Source of the DNA: a candidate division WWE3 bacterium
GTDB taxonomy: Bacteria > Patescibacteriota > WWE3 > 2-01-FULL-39-13
Assembly: GCA_943354835.1 (NCBI GenBank)
Contig: CALRDH010000004.1
Span: forward strand, 10,851 to 74,850
Length of the DNA: 64,000 nt
Direction: 5' to 3'
The notes under the pieces are model-generated. The model had not been told where the DNA came from and did no database searches. It saw nothing but the letters and a program-made list of their open reading frames with translations. Positions 19,556 through 30,171 of the stretch are shown one piece after another (within the stretch, counting starts at the first letter, position 1; each line of letters starts with the position of its first letter). Made by a program: the position numbers and the translations under genes.

Positions 19556-20590
19556 ATGAGTAAACAGAAAAAAATTGCTTCAAATGACAGTTTTACAAAA
19601 TTTCTACTTTACACAACTCCAAATGGAAAAATAGAAGTCGAAATATTTTTACACGATGAAAATATTTGGCTAACGCAAAAATTGATTGCTAAACTTTTTC
19701 ACTGCTCTGTCGATAATGTCTCTTTGCATCTAAAAAACATATTTGAAAGTGGTGAACTGAAGGAGGTTTCAGTTGTCGAGGATTTCTCGATAACTGCCAA
19801 TGATGGGAAAAAATATAAGACAAAACATTATGACCTCAACGCAATAATCTCCGTAGGTTATCGAGTAAATTCCCGAATGGCAACTCAATTTCGCATATGG
19901 GCTACTGAAAGATTGAAAGAATATATCATCAAGGGTTTTACAATGAATGACGAACGGCTCAAAGATCCAAATTATATATTTGGGAAAGATTATTTCGAAG
20001 AACAACTCGCAAGAATTAGAAATATTAGGTCAAGCGAACGGCGACTTTATCAAAAAATAACCGATATATATTCGCAATGTAGTGCTGACTACAATCCAGA
20101 TGAAGCAATAACTAAACAATTTTTTGCGACCGTCCAAAACAAACTTCATTTTGCGATAACGGGAAAAACTGGAGCGGAAATTGTTTATTCAAGAGTTGAT
20201 AGCAAAAAGCCAAATATGGGTTTATATGTTTGGAAAAATTCTCCAAATGGTACCATCCGAGAATCAGACATTGTAATAGCCAAAAACTATCTAAACGAAA
20301 AAGAGCTCGATCATTTAAATAGAATTGTGACGATGTATCTTGATTACGCCGAAATACAAGCAAAACGAGGAATTATTATGTATATGAAAGATTGGACATC
20401 ACGACTAGACGCTTTTTTAAAATTTAATGAAATAGAAATATTAATCCATAAAGGTACCATAAGTCATGAAGTTGCAGAGGCATTAGCATTAAAAGAATAT
20501 AATAAATATCAAAAACTACAAGATAAGAACTATATATCTGACTTTGATAAATATCATGGAAACAGCAGTCTAATCAAAAACCCAGATTAA
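19556..20590 (+). CDS. RhuM-family protein (copy 1)
   Basis: IWLTQK, AIISVGYRVNS, ATQFRIWAT, IRSSERR and FATVQNKLH. Confidence 0.9.
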   Translation: MSKQKKIASNDSFTKFLLYTTPNGKIEVEIFLHDENIWLTQKLIAKLFHCSVDNVSLHLKNIFESGELKEVSVVEDFSITANDGKKYKTKHYDLNAIISVGYRVNSRMATQFRIWATERLKEYIIKGFTMNDERLKDPNYIFGKDYFEEQLARIRNIRSSERRLYQKITDIYSQCSADYNPDEAITKQFFATVQNKLHFAITGKTGAEIVYSRVDSKKPNMGLYVWKNSPNGTIRESDIVIAKNYLNEKELDHLNRIVTMYLDYAEIQAKRGIIMYMKDWTSRLDAFLKFNEIEILIHKGTISHEVAEALALKEYNKYQKLQDKNYISDFDKYHGNSSLIKNPD

Positions 20591-20595
20591 TTATT

Positions 20596-23085
20596 TTAAG
20601 CCCCATGGCATTTTTTGTATTTTTTGCCGCTTCCGCAGAAGCATAGGTCGTTTCTACCAGGTTTGTCTTTTTTGATTTCGGATTCTTCATTTGCGACTCC
20701 ACTTTCAAAGTTACCTTGTTTGTAGTCTATGTTTCCTTTGTCGATTGGGGATTCCCTTGTTTCAGGCCTTTTTGCAACTTGGACTTCAACTTTTTGAAGT
20801 CTATCGGCAACAGTAGTCCAAATTTGTGTTAGCAATTCTTCATATCTTTGTCTTCCTTCTCTTTTGTATTCTATTAATGGATCTACTTGACCGTATCCAC
20901 GAAGTCTGACTCCACTTCTTAAATCATCCATAACATCAATGTGATCCATCCATAAGACGTCGATTACTTCAAGTGTTACACGTTTTGCGACTTCATGCCA
21001 TAATTCATCGCCATATTTTTCATTCTTAGAAACCCAAATTTTTGCAAAGTTATCATCAACATATGGCTCCAATTTATCTAAAACAAAATCAAAAAAATCC
21101 TGGTCAGGTTTTGAAAAAAGTATTTTTCGACGCATTCCATAGATCGACTCACGCTGAACATTCATAACGTCATCATAATCAACGACACTTCTACGTTGAT
21201 CAAAGTTCATACCTTCAACTTTCTTTTGCGCATTTTCAATAGATTTTGAAATAAGACGCGCCTCGATAGGGAGGTTCTCATCAACACCCATGCGATCCAT
21301 CAATGATTCGATTTTATCGCCACCAAATATTCGAAGTAGGTCATCTTGCAAAGACATATAAAAACGAGATTCACCAACATCGCCTTGTCGTCCAGACCTT
21401 CCGCGTAATTGATTATCAATTCGCCTTGAATCGTGGCGCTCTGTTCCTATGACATAGAGCCCGCCGGAACTTACGACGTTATTGTACGATTCTTCATTAA
21501 ACGGATCTCCGCCTAAAATTATATCCACGCCTCGACCAGCCATATTTGTTGAAACTGTAACAGCGCCTTTTTTTCCTGCTTGTGAAATTATGCTTGCTTC
21601 CTTATCGTTGTTTTTTGCATTTAAAATTTCATGAGGAATTTTAAGTTTTTTCAAAAAGCCAGAAAGCATCTGTGATTTCTCTACTGAAGTTGTTCCAATC
21701 AAAACTGGTTGCCCAATTTTATTCTTTTCTGCAATATCTTTTGCGACTGCTCTAAATTTTGCAGATTGAGTCTTAAAAACCACATCAGATTGATCAATCC
21801 TTTTTACTGGTTTATGAGTTGGTATAGAAACAACATCAAGACTATACATCTTAAAAAATTCTTCTGATTCAGTTAATGCAGTTCCAGTCATTCCGGCAAG
21901 CTTTTCATAAAGCCTATAATAGTTCTGGTAAGAAATTGTTGCGACAGTCTTTGATTCGGGTTGAATTTCAAGATTTTCTTTCGCCTCAACAGCTTGATGA
22001 AGACCGTCGCTCCAGCGATTTCCATCTAAAAGTCTTCCTGTATTTTGATCAACAATAATAATTCGGCCATCTTTTACAACATAATCCTTATCTTTAAGAT
22101 GAAGCTCTTTGGCTCGCAATGCATTTTCAATATGATGAACTGTCTCAAAATCATTCTCATACAAATTCTTAACACCAAGTTTTCTTTCTATCTTATTAAT
22201 TCCAAGTTCTGTCATTGTTACGGTTCTAAATTTCTCATCAATATCGTAGTCAGTATTTGGAACAAGCTCCACTGAAAGCTTTGCAAATTGATAATATTTA
22301 TCTGGTTTTAAGTCTCTTTGTTGAGAAATAATTAACGGAGTTCTTGCAACATCAATTAAAACAAAATCAACCTCGTCAACTATTGCAAAGAAATGTTTAC
22401 CATAATTTTCATTTGGATTTGTTTGACTAATCTGGTCTTTTGAAGTGCTCATATTATCGCGGAGATAATCAAAACCAAATTCATGATTTGTTCCATATGT
22501 AATATCACACATATAGGCTTCAGATCTTTGACATGGTCTTAAATGACGTGAATACGCATCTAACGAATCTTGAGAATCATATGCAGGATCATAAACGAAT
22601 GCAGATTCATGAACGATTACACCAGCAGAAATCCCAAGTGCATGATAAACAGGACCATACCAACCAGCACCATGTTTAGATAAATAATCATTAGGAGTTA
22701 CAAGATGAACTCCATTTCCAGTTAAAGAATTTAAATAAAGGGGAAGTGTAGCCGTTAAAGTTTTTCCTTCTCCAGTTTTTTGTTCGGCGATTTTACCTTG
22801 GTGCAAAATAATTCCAGCCATAAGTTGAACATCACGGTGACGCTGATTCATGGTTCGAAAGGCTGCCTCACGAACCAGAGCGTATGCATCAGGTAAAATC
22901 GCATCAAGAGAGAGATTTCCGCTTCTTAAATGTTTTTGCCATTTTGATGTCTGATCCTTAATATCCTGATCCGAAAACTTTTTATATTTTGGCTCAAGTG
23001 AATTTATGGCATCAACAATTGGCCTTATACTTGAAAGTTTATTTTCATTATTATTTGTAAATTTTCCGAAAAGCTTAGATAACAT
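20596..23085 (-). CDS. secA: Preprotein translocase SecA
   Basis: KTGEGKT, FDYLRDN, IVDEVD, TNMAGRG, QLRGRSGRQGD and a C-terminal SEC-C motif. Confidence 0.97.
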   Translation of the reverse strand: MLSKLFGKFTNNNENKLSSIRPIVDAINSLEPKYKKFSDQDIKDQTSKWQKHLRSGNLSLDAILPDAYALVREAAFRTMNQRHRDVQLMAGIILHQGKIAEQKTGEGKTLTATLPLYLNSLTGNGVHLVTPNDYLSKHGAGWYGPVYHALGISAGVIVHESAFVYDPAYDSQDSLDAYSRHLRPCQRSEAYMCDITYGTNHEFGFDYLRDNMSTSKDQISQTNPNENYGKHFFAIVDEVDFVLIDVARTPLIISQQRDLKPDKYYQFAKLSVELVPNTDYDIDEKFRTVTMTELGINKIERKLGVKNLYENDFETVHHIENALRAKELHLKDKDYVVKDGRIIIVDQNTGRLLDGNRWSDGLHQAVEAKENLEIQPESKTVATISYQNYYRLYEKLAGMTGTALTESEEFFKMYSLDVVSIPTHKPVKRIDQSDVVFKTQSAKFRAVAKDIAEKNKIGQPVLIGTTSVEKSQMLSGFLKKLKIPHEILNAKNNDKEASIISQAGKKGAVTVSTNMAGRGVDIILGGDPFNEESYNNVVSSGGLYVIGTERHDSRRIDNQLRGRSGRQGDVGESRFYMSLQDDLLRIFGGDKIESLMDRMGVDENLPIEARLISKSIENAQKKVEGMNFDQRRSVVDYDDVMNVQRESIYGMRRKILFSKPDQDFFDFVLDKLEPYVDDNFAKIWVSKNEKYGDELWHEVAKRVTLEVIDVLWMDHIDVMDDLRSGVRLRGYGQVDPLIEYKREGRQRYEELLTQIWTTVADRLQKVEVQVAKRPETRESPIDKGNIDYKQGNFESGVANEESEIKKDKPGRNDLCFCGSGKKYKKCHGA

Positions 23086-23092
23086 GACTGAA

Positions 23093-23920
23093 TTAGTATA
23101 AGACGAAGTAAGTTAAAATGACACCGCCCAAAATTAACCTATAGATTATAAAAACTAAAAGGCTATTTTTTCGAACAAATGATAAAAGCCAGTTGATTGC
23201 AAATATTCCAGTTATAAATGATGAAAATAATCCCGCTAATATAATCAAACCCTGACCGGATGAAGCTGAAAATAATTGAGGAACTTTTACTAAAGATGCT
23301 CCAAGTATTATTGGAGTTGCTAGAAGGAAAGATATACGTGCGGCTTTTTCGCGGTCAAGCCGGCGAAAAAGCCCAGTTGAAATACTCATTCCAGATCTTG
23401 ATGACCCTGGAAAAAGTGCAACAACTTGGCTTAAAGAAATAATTAAATAATCAATAAATTTTATTGAAGAATTCGGCTTTCGATTTGCTATAAATTTATC
23501 CGCAAAAAGCATATAAAAAGAAATAATGACAAGCATAAATGACACCAAAATAGGGGAGCGGAAAGTTTCTTCGATGTAACTTTCTAAAATAAAACCAATA
23601 ATTCCAACAGGAATTGAGACAATCACTAATGTTAAAAGCAAAATTGTCTCACGTCGTAATTTATTTATACTATGAATTTTTCCGCCGACGAAATCTATGA
23701 CATCTAATTTCAATGCATTTAGCATGTCAAACCAGTCCCTCCAAAAATATATTAAAACTGCAATTGCAGTTCCTAAATGTAACGCCACATCAAAACTTAA
23801 ATCTTGTAATTCCCAACCAAAAATTGCTGGGATGAGTATTAAATGACCAGAAGATGAGATTGGTAGGAACTCTGTAATTCCCTGTGTAATTCCAAGGACG
23901 ATGGACTGAAGTATCGTCAT
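23093..23920 (-). CDS. uppP: Undecaprenyl-diphosphatase
   Basis: QGITEFLPISSSGHL and PGSSRSG. Confidence 0.95.
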   Translation of the reverse strand: MTILQSIVLGITQGITEFLPISSSGHLILIPAIFGWELQDLSFDVALHLGTAIAVLIYFWRDWFDMLNALKLDVIDFVGGKIHSINKLRRETILLLTLVIVSIPVGIIGFILESYIEETFRSPILVSFMLVIISFYMLFADKFIANRKPNSSIKFIDYLIISLSQVVALFPGSSRSGMSISTGLFRRLDREKAARISFLLATPIILGASLVKVPQLFSASSGQGLIILAGLFSSFITGIFAINWLLSFVRKNSLLVFIIYRLILGGVILTYFVLY

Positions 23921-24414
23921 TTTAATCTCCTAGCACTAACGTCGTAATATCTAAAAACCGATGAGGCGACTAATCCTACAGCAACACCAGCCAACACATC
24001 TTCTAAATAGTGAGCACCAGTAACAATTCTTAAAATTCCAATTACAAATGCCAAGACAAATGCGATTATCAAAAACTGTTTTTTTGTCATACTTTCAAAT
24101 TTTCTCAACAACATAAACCACTTACCTTCCCTATTTTGTTGGGTTGACAATGTATGACAGGCAAGTAAAACAAAAAATACAGCATTAAATGCAATAGTTG
24201 CGTGAGTAGAAGGAAAGCTCCCACCTTCAAGCTCTAAAACTGGCCTTGGCTTGTCAAAAAAGAATTTTATGCCTTCAGATATCGAGACTGCCAATAAAAG
24301 CGAAAATAAATAATCCAACACTTTATTTTTATAATTTATAAATATATACAAGAATATGACCCCAAGATGGAAAAGCACAAAAAAGTCTGCAAGATAATTT
24401 ATTGGGTTATACAT
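23917..24414 (-). CDS. PAP2-family phosphatase
   Basis: K..RP, SFPSTH and R...GAHY..DV. Confidence 0.9.
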   Translation of the reverse strand: MYNPINYLADFFVLFHLGVIFLYIFINYKNKVLDYLFSLLLAVSISEGIKFFFDKPRPVLELEGGSFPSTHATIAFNAVFFVLLACHTLSTQQNREGKWFMLLRKFESMTKKQFLIIAFVLAFVIGILRIVTGAHYLEDVLAGVAVGLVASSVFRYYDVSARRLK

Positions 24415-25774
24415 TGCTTATCAAATCAAAACCAGTATATTTTCGTAAAACTTCGGGAACAATAATTTCACCTTTTTCATTTTGGTAATTTTCGACAATA
24501 GCAATCAGCATCCTACCAATTGGGATTCCAGTTGCATTTAAAGTTGATGCGTATTTTGATGCTCCATTTTCATCTTTATATCTTATGTTCAATCTTCGTG
24601 CCTGAAATTGTTTTGTATTAGTTACAGAAGAAACTTCTATATAATTTTTTTGAGATGGTAGCCAAATTTCCATATCAACCTGTTTAGCTGAAGCGTAATA
24701 TCCTAAATCAGCCGTACACTTTTTCCATATTCTATACGGAAGTTCTAATTGCTGATAAATCCATTCATCAATCTTATATAACTCTTCAAAAATTGACTCC
24801 TCCTGATCTTCTTTACAAACAACATTTAATTCTAATTTATCAAATTGATGAACTCGTTTTATTCCTTTTACATCTTTACCCCAACTTCCAACTTCCGTAC
24901 GGAAACATGGGGTATACGCAAATTTCTTATATGGCATTTTATTCAAATCGAGTGTCTTGTCCATATAATATGCAAACATGGAAGGTTCACTTGAACCCAC
25001 TAAAAACAACTCTTCTTTAGATTCAAGATATTTATTCTCAACTTTGTATACCTGATCTTTTCCTTGAGGAAAATGACTTGTTCCATATAAAGCATCTTCT
25101 TTTAATAAAACAGGAGGAACAATTGGTGCATATTTTTCTGATATTATTTTTTTAATTACTAAATCAAGCAATGCATACTGCAAAACTGCAAGTCCACCAG
25201 AAATGTAGCAAAACCTACTACCACTAACTTTCGCACTTTGTTTAACATCAATAATGTCTAATCTTTCTCCAAGCGTTAAATGGTCGAGCGCTTCATATTC
25301 TGCCGGAGCATATTTCAACTTTTGTGGCATATGAGCCTTTGAAACAGACCCCTTACCAATTTTATCTGCATCAAGATATCCAATACCTGGTATCCAAGCT
25401 GCGATTTCGACATTATCGTCTTCTCCTTCTCCATACGGCACGTCACTTGCAGGAATATTTGGAACCCAGAGCATTTTTTCATCGAAAATAGGAGCGAGTT
25501 CAGAAAGTTTTGCTTCTAATTCTTGAACTTGTGGTTTTAATACAGAATTTTCTTTTATTAAAACGTCACGTTCGGAAGCATCTTTAACGGTTTTTATTTT
25601 GTCATTTAAATCGTTTCGTTTTTGTCTTAAATCGTTAAGTTTAAGTTCAATTTCGCGAATTTCAGAATCTATTTTTAAAAGCTCATCAATATCCACAGTT
25701 CCAGAAAGCTGCTTGTCTTTTACTGCCTTTTTAATTATTTCTGGGTTTTCTCGTATAAATTTAATGTCTAACAT
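24407..25774 (-). CDS. serS: Serine--tRNA ligase
   Basis: MLDIKFIREN, FRTE, RVHQFDKLE and TLNATG...GR. Confidence 0.95.
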   Translation of the reverse strand: MLDIKFIRENPEIIKKAVKDKQLSGTVDIDELLKIDSEIREIELKLNDLRQKRNDLNDKIKTVKDASERDVLIKENSVLKPQVQELEAKLSELAPIFDEKMLWVPNIPASDVPYGEGEDDNVEIAAWIPGIGYLDADKIGKGSVSKAHMPQKLKYAPAEYEALDHLTLGERLDIIDVKQSAKVSGSRFCYISGGLAVLQYALLDLVIKKIISEKYAPIVPPVLLKEDALYGTSHFPQGKDQVYKVENKYLESKEELFLVGSSEPSMFAYYMDKTLDLNKMPYKKFAYTPCFRTEVGSWGKDVKGIKRVHQFDKLELNVVCKEDQEESIFEELYKIDEWIYQQLELPYRIWKKCTADLGYYASAKQVDMEIWLPSQKNYIEVSSVTNTKQFQARRLNIRYKDENGASKYASTLNATGIPIGRMLIAIVENYQNEKGEIIVPEVLRKYTGFDLISNV

Positions 25775-25775
25775 A

Positions 25776-26360
25776 TTAAAGTCCTAAATCCGACGAATTT
25801 TCTTGCATAGATTTTAGCACTATGCTGATAAATTCATCTAGACTAACTCCTAATTTTTCTTGGCATTGTTCTGTTTGTTCCCTAATAACGCCGGCAGCGA
25901 AGGCTTTTTGAGGCCATTTCTTTTTGACGGTTTCTAATGTTACTTCACTTAACTTTCCGCCCTTTACAAGTGCGCAAGCAACAATAAAACCAGTTAACTC
26001 ATCACAACATTCTAAAGCCCATTCCATGTCGGTCATAGGCTCACGAAGCCCCGTAACCTTGTTATTGTGAGACATAACAGCCAAGTAAATTGGATCTGTT
26101 TCGGACATACCAAGTTCCTTCAACCAATCCAAAAGCAAAATTGTATGTTTACTCCAATCTTCTTTTGTAATTTCATAATCGGAATCATGAATTATTCCCA
26201 AGACTTCCCAAGCTTCGGAATCCTCGGCCGGAGTTCTGGAGATAGAATTCAAATACTCATGCAAACCTTTCATTGCAAAGCCAACGGCATAACAATGTCT
26301 GCGCAAATTCTGGTTTTGCATATTCTTGTGTAAAAGCTCAAGTGCTTGGATTTTAGTCAT
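25776..26360 (-). CDS. HD-domain (HDIG-like) hydrolase
   Basis: RRHC, IIHDSDYE, DELTGFIVACALV and FAAGV.RE. Confidence 0.88.
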   Translation of the reverse strand: MTKIQALELLHKNMQNQNLRRHCYAVGFAMKGLHEYLNSISRTPAEDSEAWEVLGIIHDSDYEITKEDWSKHTILLLDWLKELGMSETDPIYLAVMSHNNKVTGLREPMTDMEWALECCDELTGFIVACALVKGGKLSEVTLETVKKKWPQKAFAAGVIREQTEQCQEKLGVSLDEFISIVLKSMQENSSDLGL

Positions 26361-26362
26361 GA

Positions 26363-28612
26363 TTAATTTACGAGATTATATCCTCCAATTTCTCCGCCGC
26401 AGTATTTTTGAATATATTCGGCTCCTTTTTTAAGTGCGGACATTATATCTTCCTCACTAATTCCAACTCCACCATCAGCAAAAAGGATAACGTTTTTTGT
26501 CTTTTCTGTAATTTTTGTCCTATCAATATCTCTATAATTTAAGTCCATTGTTATTGGGCCTTTTGCGTCAATATAAATTACTTGTCCATCTCTAAGAATT
26601 GTTGGAGCATCATCGCCAAGAAGTACCATTTGTTCTCCTGCTTTTGAATATCTAAGAACAATTGGCTCTGAAATCTGGTCAAAATCAAATCCACCAAGTC
26701 CAATATGTGATTCCAAAACTGCAAGATTGTATGCATCAACGGCTGTATTTATGTTATAAATTCCCTTGCCTTGAATCACGCGTCTTAACAATGCTTCAGG
26801 TGAAGGCCTTTTACTATGAAAGTCGGTTCCAGACTTCTTAAACAAATCTCGATACGAAACAAGTGAAGAAATATTTGAAATTTCATCCATTAAAATCTTT
26901 GACGATTTTTCAACAACAGACTTTTTCAATTCTTCTAAATCTTTATTGGACTTTTTAATATCAACACCAGAAATTGTTACATAAGCAAAAGAAATTCCAG
27001 GAAAATCAGACTTGATTGCTTCATCAATTCCATAACTTCCAGATGCTTTTGTTGCTTTCTGATTTGAAGCCTTTGGATTATCTTTAATCCCATAGATCTT
27101 TTTTGTTTCTTCAGATATCTCATGTTTCATTGCAGGAAATATAACTCCTTCACGCGCACTTACATCTTCTAAAAACCAAAATAATCTTTCACTATGTCCC
27201 CAACCAAAGGTCGGAGGCATGCCATATTCAAGCATTTCAACATAATCTATGTCCATCATTTGTGCTTCTTTATCACCAGATTCCCTTAACTTTTCTTGCT
27301 CGGAGAACCTTTCATATTGATCTAGCGCGTCTGTAATTTCGCTCCAGCCATTGCCAAGTTCACTACCTGCAATAATTGGCTGAAATCTATTCACCATTAA
27401 AGGATTTTCCTTATCGGGTTTTTGCAAAGGCGATAAATACTTTGGATGATTAATTAAAAATGCCGGACCTTTAACTTCTTTTCGAACAAGTTTCCATAAA
27501 TTATCAACTCCACGCGGTATATTAATTTGAAAATCAATATCTTTATCTTTTATGTGTTCCTTAACTTTCGCTTCAACTTCTTCTTGTGTTACGTTATAAA
27601 CATCTTCAATGCCAAATTTATCTTTAAAAACTTGCTTAAAATCTAAAATTTCCCATTCTTCACCAAATTTAATGTCTTTAAATCCACGAATATCAAAACT
27701 TGTTTTTCCCGGATAAACCTGACTAATTACATAATTGGTCAAATCTTGAATAAATTTCATCCCATCTTTCCAGTCCGCATATGCCCAATAAAATTCCATA
27801 GCAATATGTTCTGGAAGATGTTCGTCGCTTAGTCCTTCGTTTCTGAATCTAGGACCGATCTCATAAACTTTTTCGTATCCTGCACCAATTAATCTTTTTA
27901 AAGGAAGTTCCTGGGAAATTCTTAAATAAAAATCTTCATCGATAGCATTCATATGAGTAATAAACGGCGTCGAGTCACCTCCACCGGTTACGCTTTCCAA
28001 TACTGGTATATTCATTTCTATAAATCCATTTTGTTTGAAGAAATCACGATGAGCTTCCCAAAATTTTGATCTACGTATAAATCTGTCAAAAACGTCTTGA
28101 TGGATATTTGTATCTAAATATCTTTTTCTAAATCTAGTCTCTTTATCTTTTAATTCTTGAGGAATCACTCTTAAAGCTTTTGTTAATATACGGAAATAGC
28201 TTGGAACAATAGAGATCTCCCCTCTTGGAGTCTTTGTAACAATACCTTTTACTTCAACAAAATCAGAAGCATCTATAAGCTCAATAATTTCATTAAAATT
28301 TATTTCACTATTATCTCTATTCGGATTATTATTTAAGTCTGACTCTTTAATGTAAATCTGGATTTTTCCGCTTTGGTCTTTAACATCGATAAATAAAAGT
28401 TTGCCATGATCTCTTTTACTTATAACCCTTCCAGCAAGAATGAGTTCTTTGCCTTCAAATTCTTCATATTTATTTATGATGTCGGAAATTACATTAGTTC
28501 TATTTGATTTTGCCGGAAAAGGATCAATTCCAAGCTCGCGAAGCTTATTCAATTTATCAATACGAATCTGTCTTAACTGTTCAATTGGAAGTTGGGAAAT
28601 CGTCTGCTCCAT
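26363..28612 (-). CDS. lysS: Class II lysine--tRNA ligase fused to a C-terminal B3/4 domain
   Basis: LRISQEL, FRNEG and YGMPPT...ERL. The C-terminal ~220 aa carry PSPEALLRR, INTAVDAYNL and GGFDFD. Confidence 0.93.
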   Translation of the reverse strand: MEQTISQLPIEQLRQIRIDKLNKLRELGIDPFPAKSNRTNVISDIINKYEEFEGKELILAGRVISKRDHGKLLFIDVKDQSGKIQIYIKESDLNNNPNRDNSEINFNEIIELIDASDFVEVKGIVTKTPRGEISIVPSYFRILTKALRVIPQELKDKETRFRKRYLDTNIHQDVFDRFIRRSKFWEAHRDFFKQNGFIEMNIPVLESVTGGGDSTPFITHMNAIDEDFYLRISQELPLKRLIGAGYEKVYEIGPRFRNEGLSDEHLPEHIAMEFYWAYADWKDGMKFIQDLTNYVISQVYPGKTSFDIRGFKDIKFGEEWEILDFKQVFKDKFGIEDVYNVTQEEVEAKVKEHIKDKDIDFQINIPRGVDNLWKLVRKEVKGPAFLINHPKYLSPLQKPDKENPLMVNRFQPIIAGSELGNGWSEITDALDQYERFSEQEKLRESGDKEAQMMDIDYVEMLEYGMPPTFGWGHSERLFWFLEDVSAREGVIFPAMKHEISEETKKIYGIKDNPKASNQKATKASGSYGIDEAIKSDFPGISFAYVTISGVDIKKSNKDLEELKKSVVEKSSKILMDEISNISSLVSYRDLFKKSGTDFHSKRPSPEALLRRVIQGKGIYNINTAVDAYNLAVLESHIGLGGFDFDQISEPIVLRYSKAGEQMVLLGDDAPTILRDGQVIYIDAKGPITMDLNYRDIDRTKITEKTKNVILFADGGVGISEEDIMSALKKGAEYIQKYCGGEIGGYNLVN

Positions 28613-28640
28613 ATTGCCGAAATTTTAACACGTAATAAAA

Positions 28641-30104
28641 CTAAGCGTAAGCGATACGATGTACAATTTCGGTATCATGTAATCGTGTTAATCCATGTAT
28701 ATCCTTGCCGGCGGTTGCGGTTTCGACCAACAATCCTGACAGTGATAGCGTAGATTCTAAAAATTTTGTTGTATCGATTAACAAAGATTTATCTTCATGA
28801 ACTGTGATTGCAGAATTTTTATTTAGCCAACCCAAAATCAAAGCGACAGATTCATGATAATCAACGTGACTTGATCTTGAGGTCGGATTTGTACTTAACC
28901 ACTTTTGATAGTTATTCTCATACCTAAGTAAATATGCAATATAAGTTGAAATCAAAGGTTCCAGATCTTTACATCCTAAACCCTGTGCGGCGCCAATAAA
29001 TCCCTGCAGAATAGCTCGAGTTTCCTCAAGTGAACTACTAAATGTAATAGGATTATGCCCATGAGATTCCTCATGCCCTACTAAAATCGCATATAAATTT
29101 CTTTTTAAATCATCATCAGAAATATCCGAAAAATTGAGAGTTTCAGCAATTGACCTCAACTCTGGGACTGTCCAATCTATGATATTTCGATACAAAACTG
29201 TATGTCTTTTTCCTATTTTTTTACTGCCTGGATAATTCTTTGCAAAATTCGTTAGCGGGCCAGCTGCACGACCTGTAGCTAAGAGCAAATCTATAACCAC
29301 AATGTCAGAATTTTCCAGCGATTCAGGATTATCACCATTTAAGGTAGCAACAGCGGCTCTAATTCTATCAATTTCAACCGATGATAAATTTTCGAAATCT
29401 ATCACAATACCAGCCTTAAATTCAGGATGTCTTTTATATGGAGCAAATCCCGTCTCGCTTTCTACACGAGCAAATTCTTGTAATAATTCGACAGACAGCG
29501 CTCTTTCAGCCATTGGGTCCTGATATGCTTCATGAGCGATGAACATAAACAAATCTCCAGGCATAAATTTCGTATTTGCCCATGATTCATCGACTGAAGT
29601 CATAATTTGAATTTCTCTTGCTCTTCTATTAATCGGCTCTAAATCTGATAAATCAACCGAAAAATTTTCAGCAATTGCTATTAGGTATTGAGTTAGATGA
29701 TTTGCGGGAAATTGCGCTGCCTGACTTGCTTGCTGACCGATCATATTATAATAAATGCCTAAACCTTTAGTTGAGAAATATGACACACCACCTGATAGAC
29801 AAAATGGCGATAAATTCCCTGCCATCATGGGTTCTAGCAACAAACCAGGATTATTTATGACTTCCTTTGGCCACAAAGCACAATCCCTCATTGAGAGATT
29901 TAGATAAGCCAATCTTATTGAGTCTGCAATAGTCAGAACTTGAGGCCAAATTTCAGGAAATTTATCCGCTGGAATTGTTTCAATTAGTCCACTTATCCAA
30001 AGTGCTTGCCCTGGCCAAAAACGACCACCATTTGATTCTTCTGAATAGGTAACCCTAGACTCAACATCAAATAATGTATTAGGAACGTTAGACACAGAGT
30101 TCAT
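28641..30104 (-). CDS. Zincin-like protein resembling the peptidase M49 catalytic region
   Basis: GHEESHG followed by LEETRA. Confidence 0.5.
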   Translation of the reverse strand: MNSVSNVPNTLFDVESRVTYSEESNGGRFWPGQALWISGLIETIPADKFPEIWPQVLTIADSIRLAYLNLSMRDCALWPKEVINNPGLLLEPMMAGNLSPFCLSGGVSYFSTKGLGIYYNMIGQQASQAAQFPANHLTQYLIAIAENFSVDLSDLEPINRRAREIQIMTSVDESWANTKFMPGDLFMFIAHEAYQDPMAERALSVELLQEFARVESETGFAPYKRHPEFKAGIVIDFENLSSVEIDRIRAAVATLNGDNPESLENSDIVVIDLLLATGRAAGPLTNFAKNYPGSKKIGKRHTVLYRNIIDWTVPELRSIAETLNFSDISDDDLKRNLYAILVGHEESHGHNPITFSSSLEETRAILQGFIGAAQGLGCKDLEPLISTYIAYLLRYENNYQKWLSTNPTSRSSHVDYHESVALILGWLNKNSAITVHEDKSLLIDTTKFLESTLSLSGLLVETATAGKDIHGLTRLHDTEIVHRIAYA

Positions 30105-30171
30105 ATTTCAAAAGATGATAAGGAATATCTTTTTATTATTAAATTGTATTAGTCTAAATCTGGTGACATGT

